DNA of 64,000 bases, from NCBI RefSeq assembly GCF_964204645.1, contig NC_134033.1:8502655-8566654 (forward strand), in the 5' to 3' direction. The DNA is from Tubulanus polymorphus. Its lineage: Eukaryota; Animalia; Nemertea. Position 1 is the stretch's first letter. Each line of letters begins with the position of its first letter. Below, one piece after another: positions 12,840-25,925 of this stretch. Below the pieces are notes generated by a model. That model was given only the letters and a program-made list of their open reading frames with translations, did not search any database and was not told the DNA's origin. The position numbers and the translations under genes are program-made.

Positions 12840-14058
12840 TTTTTATGTCCTCAGCTCAACTTAAGTTCTGAGGGGGCAAATCATCCTCCCCGGCATGGAT
12901 TCGAAACTGATGGCATCGAGATTGCCACGGTAAGAAACTCTGCCACACAATACTGAGTCCGCGGCTACATGCGCAGCTTAGATGATGTCATATTATTAGC
13001 CAATCAGATATCCCGTTTCATTTTAGCCCGGGTTTTCCCATTTACAGTTCTTCCATGAAATTTACCTTGGCTATTATACAACGAGCAATCTGATTGGTGC
13101 CGCAAGTTTTCGTGCGGCGAAGCTGCGCATGTACCTGCACACCCGGTCTAGTGTGGCAGGGGTTCATGCCGTGGCTGAGTTTAATCTCTGCCGAGGGAGG
13201 ATGGGGCATAAAGATTTACCCCTGTCTGAATACGCTGCCGCCGCAAGTGACGTTAACAGCCTAGAGGCCGCAATTGTTGATCAATTGTTTTCAAACTTGT
13301 CACAAAAGTAGGGTATCACTTGGGCCAGAACCCTATTTGAAATTGGGTCGATTCGATTCAAATTATGGCCACCAGGGGGCCGACATGAAAAATGGCGTTA
13401 ACAGCCTAGAGGCTGCAATTGTTGACCAATTTATTTCAAACTTGTCACAAAAGTAGGGTATCACTTGGGCCAGAACCCTATTTGAAATTGGGTCGATTCG
13501 ATTCAAATTATGGCCACCAGGGGGCCGACATGAAAAACGACGTTAACAGCCTAGAGACTGCAATTATTGACCAATTTATTTCAAACTTGGTACATAAGTA
13601 GGGTATCACTTGGCCCTGAATCCTATTTAAAATTGGGTCGATTCAAATAATGCCCACAGGAGACTGACATGAAAAATGACGTTAATAGCCTAGAGGCCAC
13701 AATTGTTGACCCATTTATTTCTAACTTGGCACACAAGTAGGGTATCACTTGGGCCAAAACCCTAAAAAGGTTGATTCGATTCAAATTTTGGCTACCAGGG
13801 GGCCAACCTGAAAAACAACGTTAACAGCCTAGAGGCCGCAATTGTTGACTGATTCAAATTATGGTCGTCAGGGGAAAACAACCTAGAGGCTGCAACTGTT
13901 GATCAATTTTTTACACTTTGTACACATGTTCTCGAATATCATTCTTATAGAAATAATTGTGGCCATGATATTTCTAACGCATTTACCACAAACCCTGTAA
14001 CTTCATGTGGCAGTGAATTTCAGGCCGGGGGCATGCAAGGCCCTGCCTGATTCTAGTT
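12840..14058 (+). mobile_element. HINE family C with 145-bp tandem repeats (~13249-13900)
   Basis: Repeat unit gttaacagcctagaggccgcaattgttga... with 145-bp period; T-rich start and hairpin-like end. Confidence 0.65.
12882..13203. mobile_element. MULE-type MITE, copy 2 (inverted relative to 2936-3274)
   Basis: Same TIRs and internal sequence in the opposite orientation; TSD degenerate. Confidence 0.7.
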
Positions 14059-14215
14059 CCAATAGGCTAGTCAAAAAATGATGTAAAAGTATAGGGGGCT
14101 GATAGTCTTACTGGTCCGGCGCGATAGGTTAGCAGTACTATACTGATTTTGTATCAACTAAGTATGTATTTTATCAATCGGTTGCAGATGGCGTGCGCAG
14201 CAAGTGTAATAACTA

Positions 14216-14811
14216 CCGTAAAAACCGGCGTATAAGTCTACGCGGAGTATAAGTCGAGGTCGATTTTTAGGCCTACATTTCATGATTTTAACATATATCC
14301 GGCTTATAAGTCTAGTCCCTTCTCTTAGAAGAATAATTACTTGTATCATTATATTGAATAGTTTGTTTTGATAACAATGTGCGCCTTCACACACGCCTCT
14401 GTGTGTCAGCCTGATTGCTGCTGTGTGTTAATCAATAGACTGTTACACACTCAGGTATAATACACTACCATACAGTGATACAGTAGTGTGAGTCACAAGC
14501 TATATATAACCTAATGTATTAAGCGCTGCTATGAGCGCGCATATATGAATACATCGTTTGAAATGAAGCTGTGTCAAAATGAAAGAAGTTTTTTTCATTA
14601 AATAACTTTATTTATCATGAATTATTATTCAAACTGTTATAGCAGTGAGAAGATGAACACTGTCTTTTTTGTCTGGTAGAATCAATATTTCTTGTGACCT
14701 GAAAATACTTAGTAGAAAACTGTACTCAGCGTATAAGTCGAGGTCAATAATTTAGTGGTAAAATGGTAAAATCAAAGATTAAAAACTCGACTTATACGCC
14801 GGTTTTTACGG
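14216..14811. mobile_element. Tc1/mariner (pogo/Tc2-type) MITE
   Basis: Perfect 23-bp TIR CCGTAAAAACCGGCGTATAAGTC; TA TSD. Confidence 0.88.
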
Positions 14812-15178
14812 TATATACATTACTACTGTAAGGTAACCGAAAGACATTTATACACTGTGATGAAATAATTCAGGGCTCGACCTGCAATGCATGAAATGTC
14901 GATTGTCATCGATGTGGATGTGCCACATTGGTACTAGCCTTTACCTTCCAAAATATAATAGTTATTCATGGGTTCAAGATCACTCTTCGGCGCACGCAAT
15001 TGCTAAGCTATCAGCTGGTTCGGGTGTGTAACTTTCTCAAGAAAAACTACCGCAGATAGGCCCGTATTCTCATCCCTGGGACCTTCAATTCAGTTGGATG
15101 GAGATCGTGTTGATAGAAGTACTATATATTGTTTGTCACTAGTATCTAGTATCTTTCCTCACATGGATTGTATTTTAG

Positions 15179-15256
15179 CTGGATCAGGTTATGTTGAAGA
15201 TGGTCGAGAAATATTCGACGAAGATGATGGAGAAAATGATGGCTGTTCGTCTAAAG
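15179..15256 (+). CDS. POLA1: POLA1 coding exon (histone-binding motif)
   Basis: tttag|CT GGA...AAA G|gtacga; GSGYVEDGREIFDEDD. Confidence 0.96.
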
Positions 15257-15502
15257 GTACGAGTAACAAGTTTTAGAATTTAGAATTTGTTTGGAAAATG
15301 CAGTAAGCAACGAGCAGTGGAAGTGCATATTCAACAAAAGGGTTAATGAATACTAATCAGCATCCTTGAGACTTACTGATCATGGTTGCCGGTGTATTGT
15401 ACTGGTCTGAATGTCTCCTTATTCTCAGTTTTTCCTGATTCGATGGAAATTCTTAGCTGATCTCATTCTAATCTGGCGATATGATTCAATGGAATTTTTC
15501 AG

Positions 15503-15636
15503 CTAAAAAGGTTGCGGCAGCCGATAGGAAAAAGTCGAAAAATCCAAACATTCAAAAACAAGAATCGCGTAATAAGAACATACGCAGCATGTTCATGTCA
15601 GCTGCGGTGACTGGAACATCAAAGAAGAAACCTGAG
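15503..15636 (+). CDS. POLA1: POLA1 coding exon
   Basis: ttcag|CT AAA...GAG|gtattg; KNPNIQKQESRNKNIRSMFMSAA (cf. human NNIKSMFIA). Confidence 0.9.
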
Positions 15637-18600
15637 GTATTGAAACATTTCTAGAGTTTTGAACACTTATGTTCCCATTTTATCATACATTTCTTCAGAT
15701 TGCGACTCGGTTTTTGGCTCGCACCAGTGGGCCTATTTCAACGGTCTGGCTGATCGATTATCATTCGTATGCTCGATACACTACGCTCAAAGCTATTTTT
15801 AGCACTCTCAAACGCAATTTCAGTAGCCTGTTATTTCACTAATGGGCGAACAGATTAAGCAAAATATATTTCCTAATTGGTTTTTCTTAATGGTGCAGAA
15901 AGATGAAAGCAGAAAGATGTGGGTTTCATAGTTTTTGAGAAATTTACCAAAAAGTTTCTAAAATTCGATATTTGAGCACATTTTTTAATGCAGCATCTTT
16001 AACCGTCCAAAATAACATATGTGAAAATTCAATGCTATTTGCGTTGGAAGAACTTCATATCGCCAAGATTCGACGCTTTGTTCGGTAGTTATGGGCTTTC
16101 AAAGACGTAACCCCCAATAATCTTGGTTATGTATAATTTGTGTTGACCCGGTTTTGACTCCCATCATGATTTCATAACATTGAACGAGGTGGATCAGCTG
16201 GAGCGCGTTATTTCTCAAACAAAATGGCGGCACGATTGAATAGGTTGATATTCATCATTTCTTGCGCGAATACTGATTCTCAAGGCGTATGATATAACGA
16301 TTTATTGTGTGCGATGTGTTCGATGATTCATGTAGTTTTGATATCCCGTGCTTAAGGTGACGTTGCATCAAGATTTATGACGAAAAATTGATTTCAAAAT
16401 GCGGAAATTTACTTCCGTGTTCGCCACACGGCTGATTTACTGATAGCATCGAATTTTTAGAGATGAGTGATATATACATGACTGGAAATACTCGTTTTAT
16501 CATCATTAATTGAAGCATTAGCGATTCGTTTTGGAGCCTGATTATTAGTATTAGTTTGTTAACTGCGGCATAGCGATGAGCGTTTGCATTGAAAACAGTC
16601 GTGTACAGTCGCGTAGGCAATATCGCCTTATACTCTCGTGTTCACTGCGTGTATGTATCAGTTATAGAGAAAGTGCGCCTGGTGTAGGCCGCGCGTAACA
16701 ACGATTTGCCTGAGTGAAGATGTATGCTACATAAAGCAATCCTATCGTGAAATTATTAAAAATCATGTCAGTCATGTTTCGTCAGTAATGGGCACTGGCC
16801 TCAAATTTGAAGAACTTGGGAGCTTCTGTCCTGATTGGTCCGTATGATAATGAAAAACCTCCGATGAAACCCAGGCTCACCAAGTTTGTAACGTATCTTA
16901 TCGGGTCACTCAAAGTTTTAGTTGTTTTAATTTACGTCATTCAAGGGATGTATTTAAATTATGAACATTTGTTCAGACAAAAGGCCCATATCAATTTTTC
17001 AAAGATTTCATTCTCGTTAAAAGTCAGTTATCATTAAAAGTTCACTCTGACCAAAATTGAGTCCTTTTTCATATATTTCTTTCTTGTTTAATTTTCAATG
17101 AAATGAATTTTTGTATACCGGTAGCCTACGTGACAGATTTTTTACTTCACACCAGATTGGCGAGCCACTGGCCCTTTATTCTCAGATTTGAAAATGGTCT
17201 GCTGTGTCAGTGTTGCCTGAAACAGTCGCATTGCATTCATTATTTCGTCAGTGTTGTTTCATCTTTCATCACCTGTTTATTAGCTACACAGCGCTAAGCG
17301 CTCAATGATGTAATTGCTATAGGCCTAAATAGTCTACATACACAGCCACGCTTATATGTCGCCGTTATGATCTTTTGTACCTCGTTATAGTGAACATTTG
17401 TTTTGCAACCAAGAGCAAACCAAGAGCTTTCACTGTGGAGACGTTTCGCTGTACCCAAAGTTTTCTCATCTAATTTAATCAATGAAATGTCTCCTCCAAA
17501 ATGTCACTGACTTGTGGTTCGACGACCCTCAAGAAAAGATGCCTGTCTCCATAAAACTGTCTATGACCTCATTAGACCACCTGGGACTTAAGTGCCAGCG
17601 GAATATTGTGTTCACTTTTTCTGTCATCCATTCATAGCGTTGTCCGTCCGTAAACGGAATCCAGTTATTTTGGAATGTTTTAAAGATGCTCCAATGTAAT
17701 GTCTTGATATTTCGGTAAGACATGTATCTACCCTAGACACATCTTCAGCCCAAAAACTGGCCCTGTCAGAACCAAGATGGCCATCTGGCAGCCATTGTTG
17801 TTCACCAAAATCAGCACTTTTTGTACATTTTAGAAGTTTCTGAGGGAAATATCGAAGACGCTTTAATCAATTACCTTGATCTTTCATATATATTGGAATC
17901 CCCATAGGGCCCATCAGCATAAGAAAAATTTGGACAATTGGACTCAAGATGGCCATCCTATGACCTTTTTTGTGCCTAAAAAAGTAAATTTTGGCCCAAA
18001 TTCTGTAGCTTCCTTCTGCATATATACCTTTGCATATTTTGTTACCACATTGCAAAGTTGTAGCTCATGACATGGTCTTTGATTGTGGTGAGTTTCTAAG
18101 TCATTAGTTATTAGAGTACATTACACGTCTGGGTGCTCACTTAAAATCCAAGTAAGTTCGGATGAATTTTGGGGGGCCAAAAGGACACGATTTTGGTGGC
18201 CCACCTCATCAAATCTTACATCATATAAAAGCCTTGACTATTTACTACAAAATGACACTAACTTGTAATGCATGGAAATAAACAGCAAACGAGTTATTCT
18301 GTATCGCGATGATCTTCGATTTTACCTTGAATTTTCTGAGAAGTAATTGACACTACATAGTGCAATTCCTGAGTGCCAATCGATTAAACATGTATCGATG
18401 GCTAAAATGATACCTTCGTTTCTCAACCCCAATATCAATCTATACCGACGACGATTTTGTTGATCGAGGTTACTTATATTTCGAGCCTCAGCACCTTTGG
18501 TCCTCTAGTTTTCAAAACTTGCAGGGATGCTAACTGCTCTGTTTTGCCTAAAATCTCTGTAATACCTTAAACTTGCATTGCATGGCTGTTGACTCTTAAC

Positions 18601-18971
18601 TCAGTCTAACAGTGGAAGTTCGTTTGGACCTGACTTGCAAACGTGTTTGAAAAGCTCTATTCTGTGTAAGCCTTACCAACCAAACTAACTCGTCTTCACC
18701 CTAAGTTTGAGTTTCAATTTCTATTCTCTGTCGTCGTCCTATAAAAAGTTTCTTTCTAGCTATTTATTACTGATACAACATAAAATTTTTCAATAAGAAA
18801 ACTACATAAGAAGAAATAAAATTGATGAGGATTTTTAAATTTTCTTGTACTGTGCTTAAAATTGCATGTCGATGATGCTTTTTCACAGTTTTTAGGATTT
18901 TTCACATCAAGATGATAACTGCAACAACCTCGGCATATTGACAAAAAATTCTCAAAGATGTTAATATCCTT

Positions 18972-19640
18972 TAGAGATGAAAATCTTCCGCGGATGCGCA
19001 GATATCCGCGGTTAGAGGTCCATTTTTGTCATTCTTGAGATTGATGTAGATCCCTTGAGAATATGATAGGGGGGGGGGGGGGGTTAGGGTCTTGGGGAAA
19101 GGGAAAGTTGATAGTTAGATCGTGGCATACTTAACGAACAGACCGTAAAAGCGTCTCAGAAAACCGGTGCTACGATCTCTGAAATATTTTTTTTTACAAC
19201 ATCATTGCGAAACACTGCTGTTGTCTAGACATTGTTTTAATCAGGCACAATAGGCTTGGCTTCAGTGATAGATTGGAAGATTATAGATAGGGGCTCCTCT
19301 TGGGACTCTACTATTTATTGACAAGTTCAATTGAACATGAACATGTTCTAGTGATTTGGATATCGTTGGAGCCATCCTTTTCATGTACTCAAGACATAAA
19401 CAATGAACGATCAACCGCGTGACAGCAGTCTTATTTTGTCATTGGAAAATGGGCCTCAGATGCGCCAAAAACTCCTTGAAATTTCAAAATTTTCTTGGGG
19501 GAGTTCCCCTAAACCCCCCTTTAGGGGCTTTGCACCTTCGGCGCTCGCGACTGCTGATGGCATGGCCAACAGTAGTTAGCCTGTAATACTTTTATTTCAA
19601 ATTTTTCTGCGTTTTTTAAATGCCTCTGTTTTCATCCCTG
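18972..19640. mobile_element. hAT-like MITE, 6-bp TSD
   Basis: TAGAGATGAAAA ... TTTTCATCCCTG, flanked by ATCCTT. Confidence 0.78.
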
Positions 19641-19717
19641 ATCCTTGAGTTCATCGACCTGACCTCGGATAAGCACATTTAGAAATGATGTTGTTTCCTT
19701 CTGCCTTCTGCTTTCAT

Positions 19718-20562
19718 CAGGGATGATAATTTTCCGCCGATCGGCGGATTTCCGCCTTTTAAATCAATTTTTATCATTTCTCAGATCAATGCATATCCGT
19801 TGAAAAAATGGGGGGGGGGTGGGGGGGGGGGGTAGGATGATGACTGTGGTTTTCCAGCATTGTAAGGATAGATTGGCATGACCATAAAAGCGTTTCCCGA
19901 TCTATTTTTAAATGCGATCATTTAGCGGCATTTGTATCCTAACAAAGTTTTCTCTGTCGTTTGGCCGACGCATGTCTGGATATATGAATATATGTATCTA
20001 CATTATTGATTTTTCATCAAGTAGTGGTGTTTTTAATACGTACATGCTTATATTTTAAACACGTGTGTGTGGTGTGACAATGCGATATAGAATCATGTGG
20101 AAAATTTTAGTTTTTTTTAATGGAAATCTAGCTTGTTGTAATATCAGTACTGATATTAGTTCGTAATATCAGTACTGATATTAGTTCATTAATAAAGGAT
20201 GCTGGAAAATAAAGTCTAATTCAATTATCTATTGCGTGGTGGGCGAGTGATCGTCGCTTTCAAGAAGATTGATCAATGTGGGATTCGAACCTACTAGTTA
20301 CATTATAGTTGTCTCTGCATCAATTATGTCCCTGCCGTCTTGGAACTAGCAGTGTGTTGTGTAAAACATGGACGATGTTGTTTGATTTTTTGGCTTTGCT
20401 GAGAGAAATTTCAATCGGAAAACTGCTGAAAAACGATCTGAGACACTGCTGAAAAACGATCTGAGACGATGTGAAAATCAAAAATTTTCTGGGGGAGGGT
20501 AATTACTTCGCGCCTACGGCGCTCGTTTCCGCCTTTTCAACATTGGTCTGTTATCATCCCTG
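19718..20562. mobile_element. hAT-like MITE, 6-bp TSD
   Basis: Perfect 12-bp TIR CAGGGATGATAA, flanked by TTTCAT. Confidence 0.82.
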
Positions 20563-20777
20563 TTTCATTTACTATCAGCCATTTAGCTGGCAATCAAAAG
20601 GGACTGATTCATATAGACCAGGTAATAGAAGAGACGGGTATTGATTTCTGTGAAGCATGCTCGTGAATTAAACCATGGTTAATAGTGATATCATAATTGC
20701 CATTGCTGGACAAAGAGTTCTTACCAAAAGTGGTTTGTCAATAGACTTAAGTTAGTTTTCTTGTTTCTTTACTGCAG

Positions 20778-20893
20778 AAAGATATCACATTAAATGAAGA
20801 TGATGATATACTCGGGGATATTCTTGGCGAACTTAAAAACGACGTTTCGATGAAACCAGCTGCAGTGAGAGTGAAAAAATCTGGCAGTAACAG
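20778..20893 (+). CDS. POLA1: POLA1 coding exon (CIP-box-like Ctf4/AND-1 interacting motif)
   Basis: tgcag|AAA...AAC AG|gtaggt; DDDILGDILGEL (cf. human DGLLGDILQDL). Confidence 0.92.
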
Positions 20894-20934
20894 GTAGGTG
20901 AAATCAACGCCAAAATACCATAGAAGGTTCTTAA

Positions 20935-21467
20935 CCCGTTCGTTACATGGTACAAGGTCTCCGGTGACTCCCATTTTCATAGAGAATTTTCATAATACCC
21001 ATGCACCATCTACTTTGTGCAAACAGTCGTTTCGAAATATATTTAGTGGATCAATATTGATTAATATATTTCTCTAATTGTGCCGACTACCTTGCTACAC
21101 TAAAACGGTCATAATTTTTTTATCAAAATGAATTTTACCATCAAATTCACAGATAATCATCACAAAATACGGCCGAATAGAAAAGCAGGCTTTGTTTAGC
21201 AATTGGTAGGATATCTGAACTCTATTTGAGATTTTTCTGAAAAGCTATATCAATTGTGGTAATTAGGTCACGTGACGCAAATGAATAGTATTAGAATTAA
21301 TTTTCTTATCACCAAAATATTTGGGCTCTGCGTTGCCCTCTGTGGGTACAGTACCCCTTTCATAACCACTTACGTTATCTTTATGCCAAGGGTTTAAGTA
21401 AAATCACCAAAAAATTTCGATTTCTGGCTCAGTACAGTGGGTGGGTATAAGGCCAGTACTGAAAGGG
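20935..21467. mobile_element. piggyBac-type MITE
   Basis: TTAA|CCCGTTCGTTAC ... GTACTGAAAGGG|TTAA; imperfect TIR. Confidence 0.55.
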
Positions 21468-21483
21468 TTAAGACAAGAGTACC

Positions 21484-22160
21484 CTAGACATTTCGGCCCC
21501 ACTCCGCGCGGTGGCGCCACCCCGCGGGATTTACGCGAAGCAGCAGAACACAAACACGGCCATTCTCTCAATTTTCAATGATAGAAATCATTGTGTATTT
21601 CAATTATTTCGGCTGTTAGGGTTTTAAGGCACAATATAAGTTGATGATGTGATATGGCGATGTCAATTAATGATAATTCCGCAGTGAAGCTAGTCACGAA
21701 CAGTGCTGATTGAGTGTACAGCTGCCAAAAACACTGAAATGTGCGTAGTTGAGTAACTATTTGCAGTGAATTGCAGACGAAACATGAAGCCTTAACGGCC
21801 GTTTAAAAAAGAATTATACCAATCGCAATTGTAAAATAAAAATGAGATAGAACCTAAGTTAAAATTCTGGCCATTTCTAAAATGTTATTGATTATTATTA
21901 CTAATTTTAGTCAGTGCGGAACGTTTAGTTTTCCAACAATGAGGGGTGGTAGGTAGTCATGCAATTCAAGTCATCATTTATTACACGTTACTTCCGTGTT
22001 GTTGAAAATCTCGCGAGTCCTGGACTAAACCCCAATGAACAATGTGATCTGTGTGCTGGCCACCAAAATGCACACAGATCACACTACACTACCCATTACA
22101 CACTCCAGTACCCACAGCTTTCATATATCCATCCAAATATTTAGTGGCTTTCTTCCTGGA
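21484..22160 (-). mobile_element. Non-autonomous Helitron, copy 2
   Basis: On the - strand starts a|TC; GC-rich subterminal hairpin, then CTAG end; no TIR or TSD. Confidence 0.72.
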
Positions 22161-23641
22161 TAATTGGAAGGTCGTAACAAAGTAGTAGGTAGCTAGGGGT
22201 CAGATTGGTAGTAGCATACATCCTATACGATTCATCCATAGGCCTATTCGTTAGGTTTTTAAAATGATGGTCTGTACAACAGTACAGTCAGTAGTGTTAA
22301 AGGACATTTTATGCCCACTTGGGACTTAAGTGAAGTCCTAGTGTGCTTGCGTTCACTTGTCGTCCATCATCTGTCATCCGTCCGTAGACGGAATCCAGTT
22401 ATTTGGGAAGTTTTAAAGATGCTTTAATGTAATGCCTTTGGTTTACGCATGTATCTTCCCTAGACACATCTTCAGCCAAAAAACTGGCCCTACCAGAATC
22501 AAGATGGCCAACTGGCAGCCATTGTTGTTCGCCAAAATCAGCACTTTTTATATCTTTTTCGAGTTTTCGAGGGAAATTTTCAAGATGCTTTGATCACTTA
22601 CCTTGATCTTTCGTATATATTTGTATCCTGCAAGTGCCCATCAGTATGAGAAAAATTAGGCCATCTGAGCATCAGACTCAAGATGGCGCCTGTATTTTTT
22701 GTGCCAAAAATGGTCAATTTTGGCCTGAATTCTGAGTCAGGTAACTTCCTACTGGTTTGCCATTTTTCATTTAATTTAAGAATGTACCGTTTTATATGGT
22801 GTTAGAATAAAAGAAATTTTGTGAATGGAATGAATTTTTTTTTAAAATAGAATAAACCCTATTTATGATTAATAATCATTTAATTTTACTTTGACAGTGT
22901 TGATAAATGAGAGTGCTGCCTTTATTCGTTCCATTGAATTTGTAATAAAACTTTATCTACCATTCTTGTGACCTGAAAATACAAATAGGAAACTGTGCTT
23001 AATGTATCTAAATCGAGGTCTTATGATGATAAATGCCTTAACCTAAATTTTTAGAAATATCTAGTGGCGATAGAATTCCTTACCATTAAAGTCGATAGAT
23101 CTATGAAGACCTGTCGAATACCGAACAAATGAATTAATAAAACCATCAATTGCCCAAACAGGAGTTACTTAAAAGAATTTGAGTTTTGAAATAAGTGAAG
23201 TTTCTCAAACATTAATATCCAGGAATAAAGGGGCATGCCGAGAAAGGGTTATACTTTCTTCGGGCTTCTAGGGAACATTCCATTACTTGGAAAAGTCAAT
23301 CATATTTGGCTGACATCTAAGGTGTCCATCAAAATTTACGTTTGAGTATCCTGACTCCCTTTTTATTCCCCCATACCCAGCCTTGCATTATTCTAGCTTA
23401 CTAAGTTCCACTGAACACTACTTAATTTTCAAACCTATTAAATATGGCTATTCTGCTATTTTTCAATGTTCGAGTTCTAGAATCGAATTTTGGTCGAGAA
23501 CTGTTGAACTGTATCCGGGCACCTACCCTCACTAGTAGGGTCCAGCTGCATTTAAGTAAGACTCATGTAAAGATGGCAGCCTTTACGGCTTCATTATGAA
23601 TCATAATGTTAGTTAAGAAAAATCCTGCAATCTATTTTCAG

Positions 23642-23913
23642 TCCATTCCCTTCTAGACCTGTCTCCAAGTCGGCGATGAAAAAGGCTGCATCATCTGTTT
23701 TCAGCAGTCGTCCGCTGCCAGTGGTGATGCCTTTAAAACCAAAGATGGCGAAAAAGCCGTCAGCCGTCGCCATGAAGAGATCACCAGTGAAAAGGGAACC
23801 AGTCATCGAGTTAAATTCATTTGACGATGCCGCAGTTGATATATCAGAGATTGATTCAATGGATGTTGCCGAGTGTAAGGACGAGATTATTGAAATAAAG
23901 CAAGAAACACCAG
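23642..23913 (+). CDS. POLA1: POLA1 coding exon (low-complexity linker)
   Basis: ttcag|T CCA TTC...CCA G|gtaaat; phases match both neighbouring exons; overlaps ORF 23676..23930. Confidence 0.82.
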
Positions 23914-24541
23914 GTAAATTAGTAAAATAATGACTTCACATTAACCTCATCTGTACCAATGACTGCTATTTAGAGGTCATGCAGCCATTTGCTATTTCCA
24001 CATGACCACACAGTCAAGTCTTGATACACTGCTATCTGATACACTGCCAGCCTCGTTTGTCGCCAACAATTTTGAAAGTATGAAATGCCTATATCTCTTG
24101 TGCATTGCAAAAATCCGAATTTGTAACCCTCCGCACACCACAACCCCACCCCATTCCTTAGTACATATACATATACCAACAAGGAGCGGTAGTTAAACTG
24201 TTCAATATAAAAACAAACAGTATTATGTATGATAAGTCATGCCTGTAGGCCTGTAGGTTCCAGTTAGCCTCTTCGTGAAAACAACTGTTTGTTGTAGGTG
24301 TGTTTAACCATGATATTTTGTCTTAATTTGTCAGCCAAAACCAATGGGTACAAAGTGATTGCCCGGTAATCTAGCAACGGCCTTTCCCTTTACTGTTTTC
24401 TGAAGATTGCATTTCATCTCAATTTTTACTTTCAAGTTGTGCAGAGATAACAAATATACTGGAATTTTAGGCCCGAGCAGATAAGCTGCTTGTATTATTT
24501 TTCCACGGCAAATATGGATGAATCGCAATACTCATTTTTAG

Positions 24542-24659
24542 ATGAGGCTCATCACATGGATATATCTGATATCAATTTTGACGATGAATTTGCCGATGAG
24601 ATGAAACTGGAAATCGAAAATGATGTCAAAAATGAAGAGGAAGCAGCCTCTAACGACAA
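24542..24659 (+). CDS. POLA1: POLA1 coding exon (acidic linker)
   Basis: tttag|AT GAG...GAC AA|gtaagt; MDISDINFDDEFADEM (cf. human MEFEDGDFDEPM). Confidence 0.82.
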
Positions 24660-24744
24660 GTAAGTATTAACATTCACTAATTAAATCTCTTAACCCGTAA
24701 CATGCTGGCAGCTTTAATGTTAAGGTTTGTGTGTGTGAGATGTC

Positions 24745-25925
24745 GACGGAATCCAGTTATTTTGGGAAGTTTTGAAGACGCTTCAATGTAATGTCTTGAT
24801 ATTTGGGTTACACATGTATCTACCCTAGACACATCTTCAGCCAAAAAACTGGCCCTGTCAGAATCAAGATGGCCGACTGGCAGTCATTGTTATTTGCCAA
24901 AATCAGCACTTTTTACACATTTTTGAACTGTTTGAGGGAATTTTTGAAGACGCTTTGATCAATTACCTTGATCTTTCGTATATATCTGAATCCTCCCAGG
25001 GCCCATAAGCGTGACAAAAATTGGGTTGATCAGACTTAAGATGGCCGTCCTATGACCTTTTTAGTGCCCAAAAATGTCAATTTTGGCCCGAATTCTGAGT
25101 CCTGTGGGTTCCTACTGGTTTGCCATTTCTCATTGCAATTGCTGGTGGGTATTCTTTGGAAAAGGGATGTTTTATACCTGAGCCAGGTATTTTTGATCAG
25201 CCAATTATGACAAAATCTTGGTGTTATCAGTACTCATTCGTAGGTGGGAAAAAGTTTTTCGACATTTTATTGATACCTAAGCATATTTTGTTATCACAAT
25301 GAATTAGAAAGTTGTGGCTCATAACGTGTTCTATGATTGTGGTGAGTTTCAAAGTGATTGGCTTTTGTATATGGCCACCAGGTGGCGTTGAATAATACAA
25401 TATATTAGTATTTCTATATCATATTTGTACCAATGCATATTTTCTTACTACAATCGATTGCAAAGTTGTAGCTCATGACATCGTCTATGATTGTGGTGAG
25501 TTTTAAGGACATACGTTATTCTATATGGTCACCAGGGGGCGTTGAATAGTAGAATAACTTAGTATTTCCTTATTATATTGGTACCTAGGCATATTTTGTC
25601 ACCAAGATCAATTGCAAAGTTGTAGTTCATGATATGTTCTAAGATTGTGGTGAGTTTCAAGGTCATTGGGTTTTGAATATGGTCACCAGGGGGCGTTGAA
25701 TAGTAGAATAACTTAGTTATATTAAATTGGTAACAAGGCATATTTTGTTATCACAATCAATTACAAAATCGTAGCTGCTGACAATATATTCTATGATTGT
25801 GGTGAGTTTCAAGGTCATTGGTTTTTGTATATGGTCACCAGGGGGCGGTGAATATAGAAATTGTAAGATTGTTGAGCATTTGAAACTACTTCCCAAGTGG
25901 GCATGGTGTCCCTGGACCCCTAGTT
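24745..25925 (+). mobile_element. HINE family A copy (5'-truncated)
   Basis: Collinear with 5926-6060 + 7226-8563; same 3' end ggtgtccctggacccctag. Confidence 0.75.

Larger units (their letters stand above)
12790..15078. mobile_element. hAT-like MITE carrying nested HINE, MULE-type and Tc2-type elements
   Basis: Perfect 13-bp TIR CAGGGATGAGAAT/ATTCTCATCCCTG; TSD not recognisable. Confidence 0.7.

Noticed and set aside
13249-13900. Regular repeats as a possible CRISPR array (also 37050-38950)
   Set aside because: Whole 145-bp units repeat with no unique spacers and no cas genes; the context is eukaryotic. These are HINE satellites.
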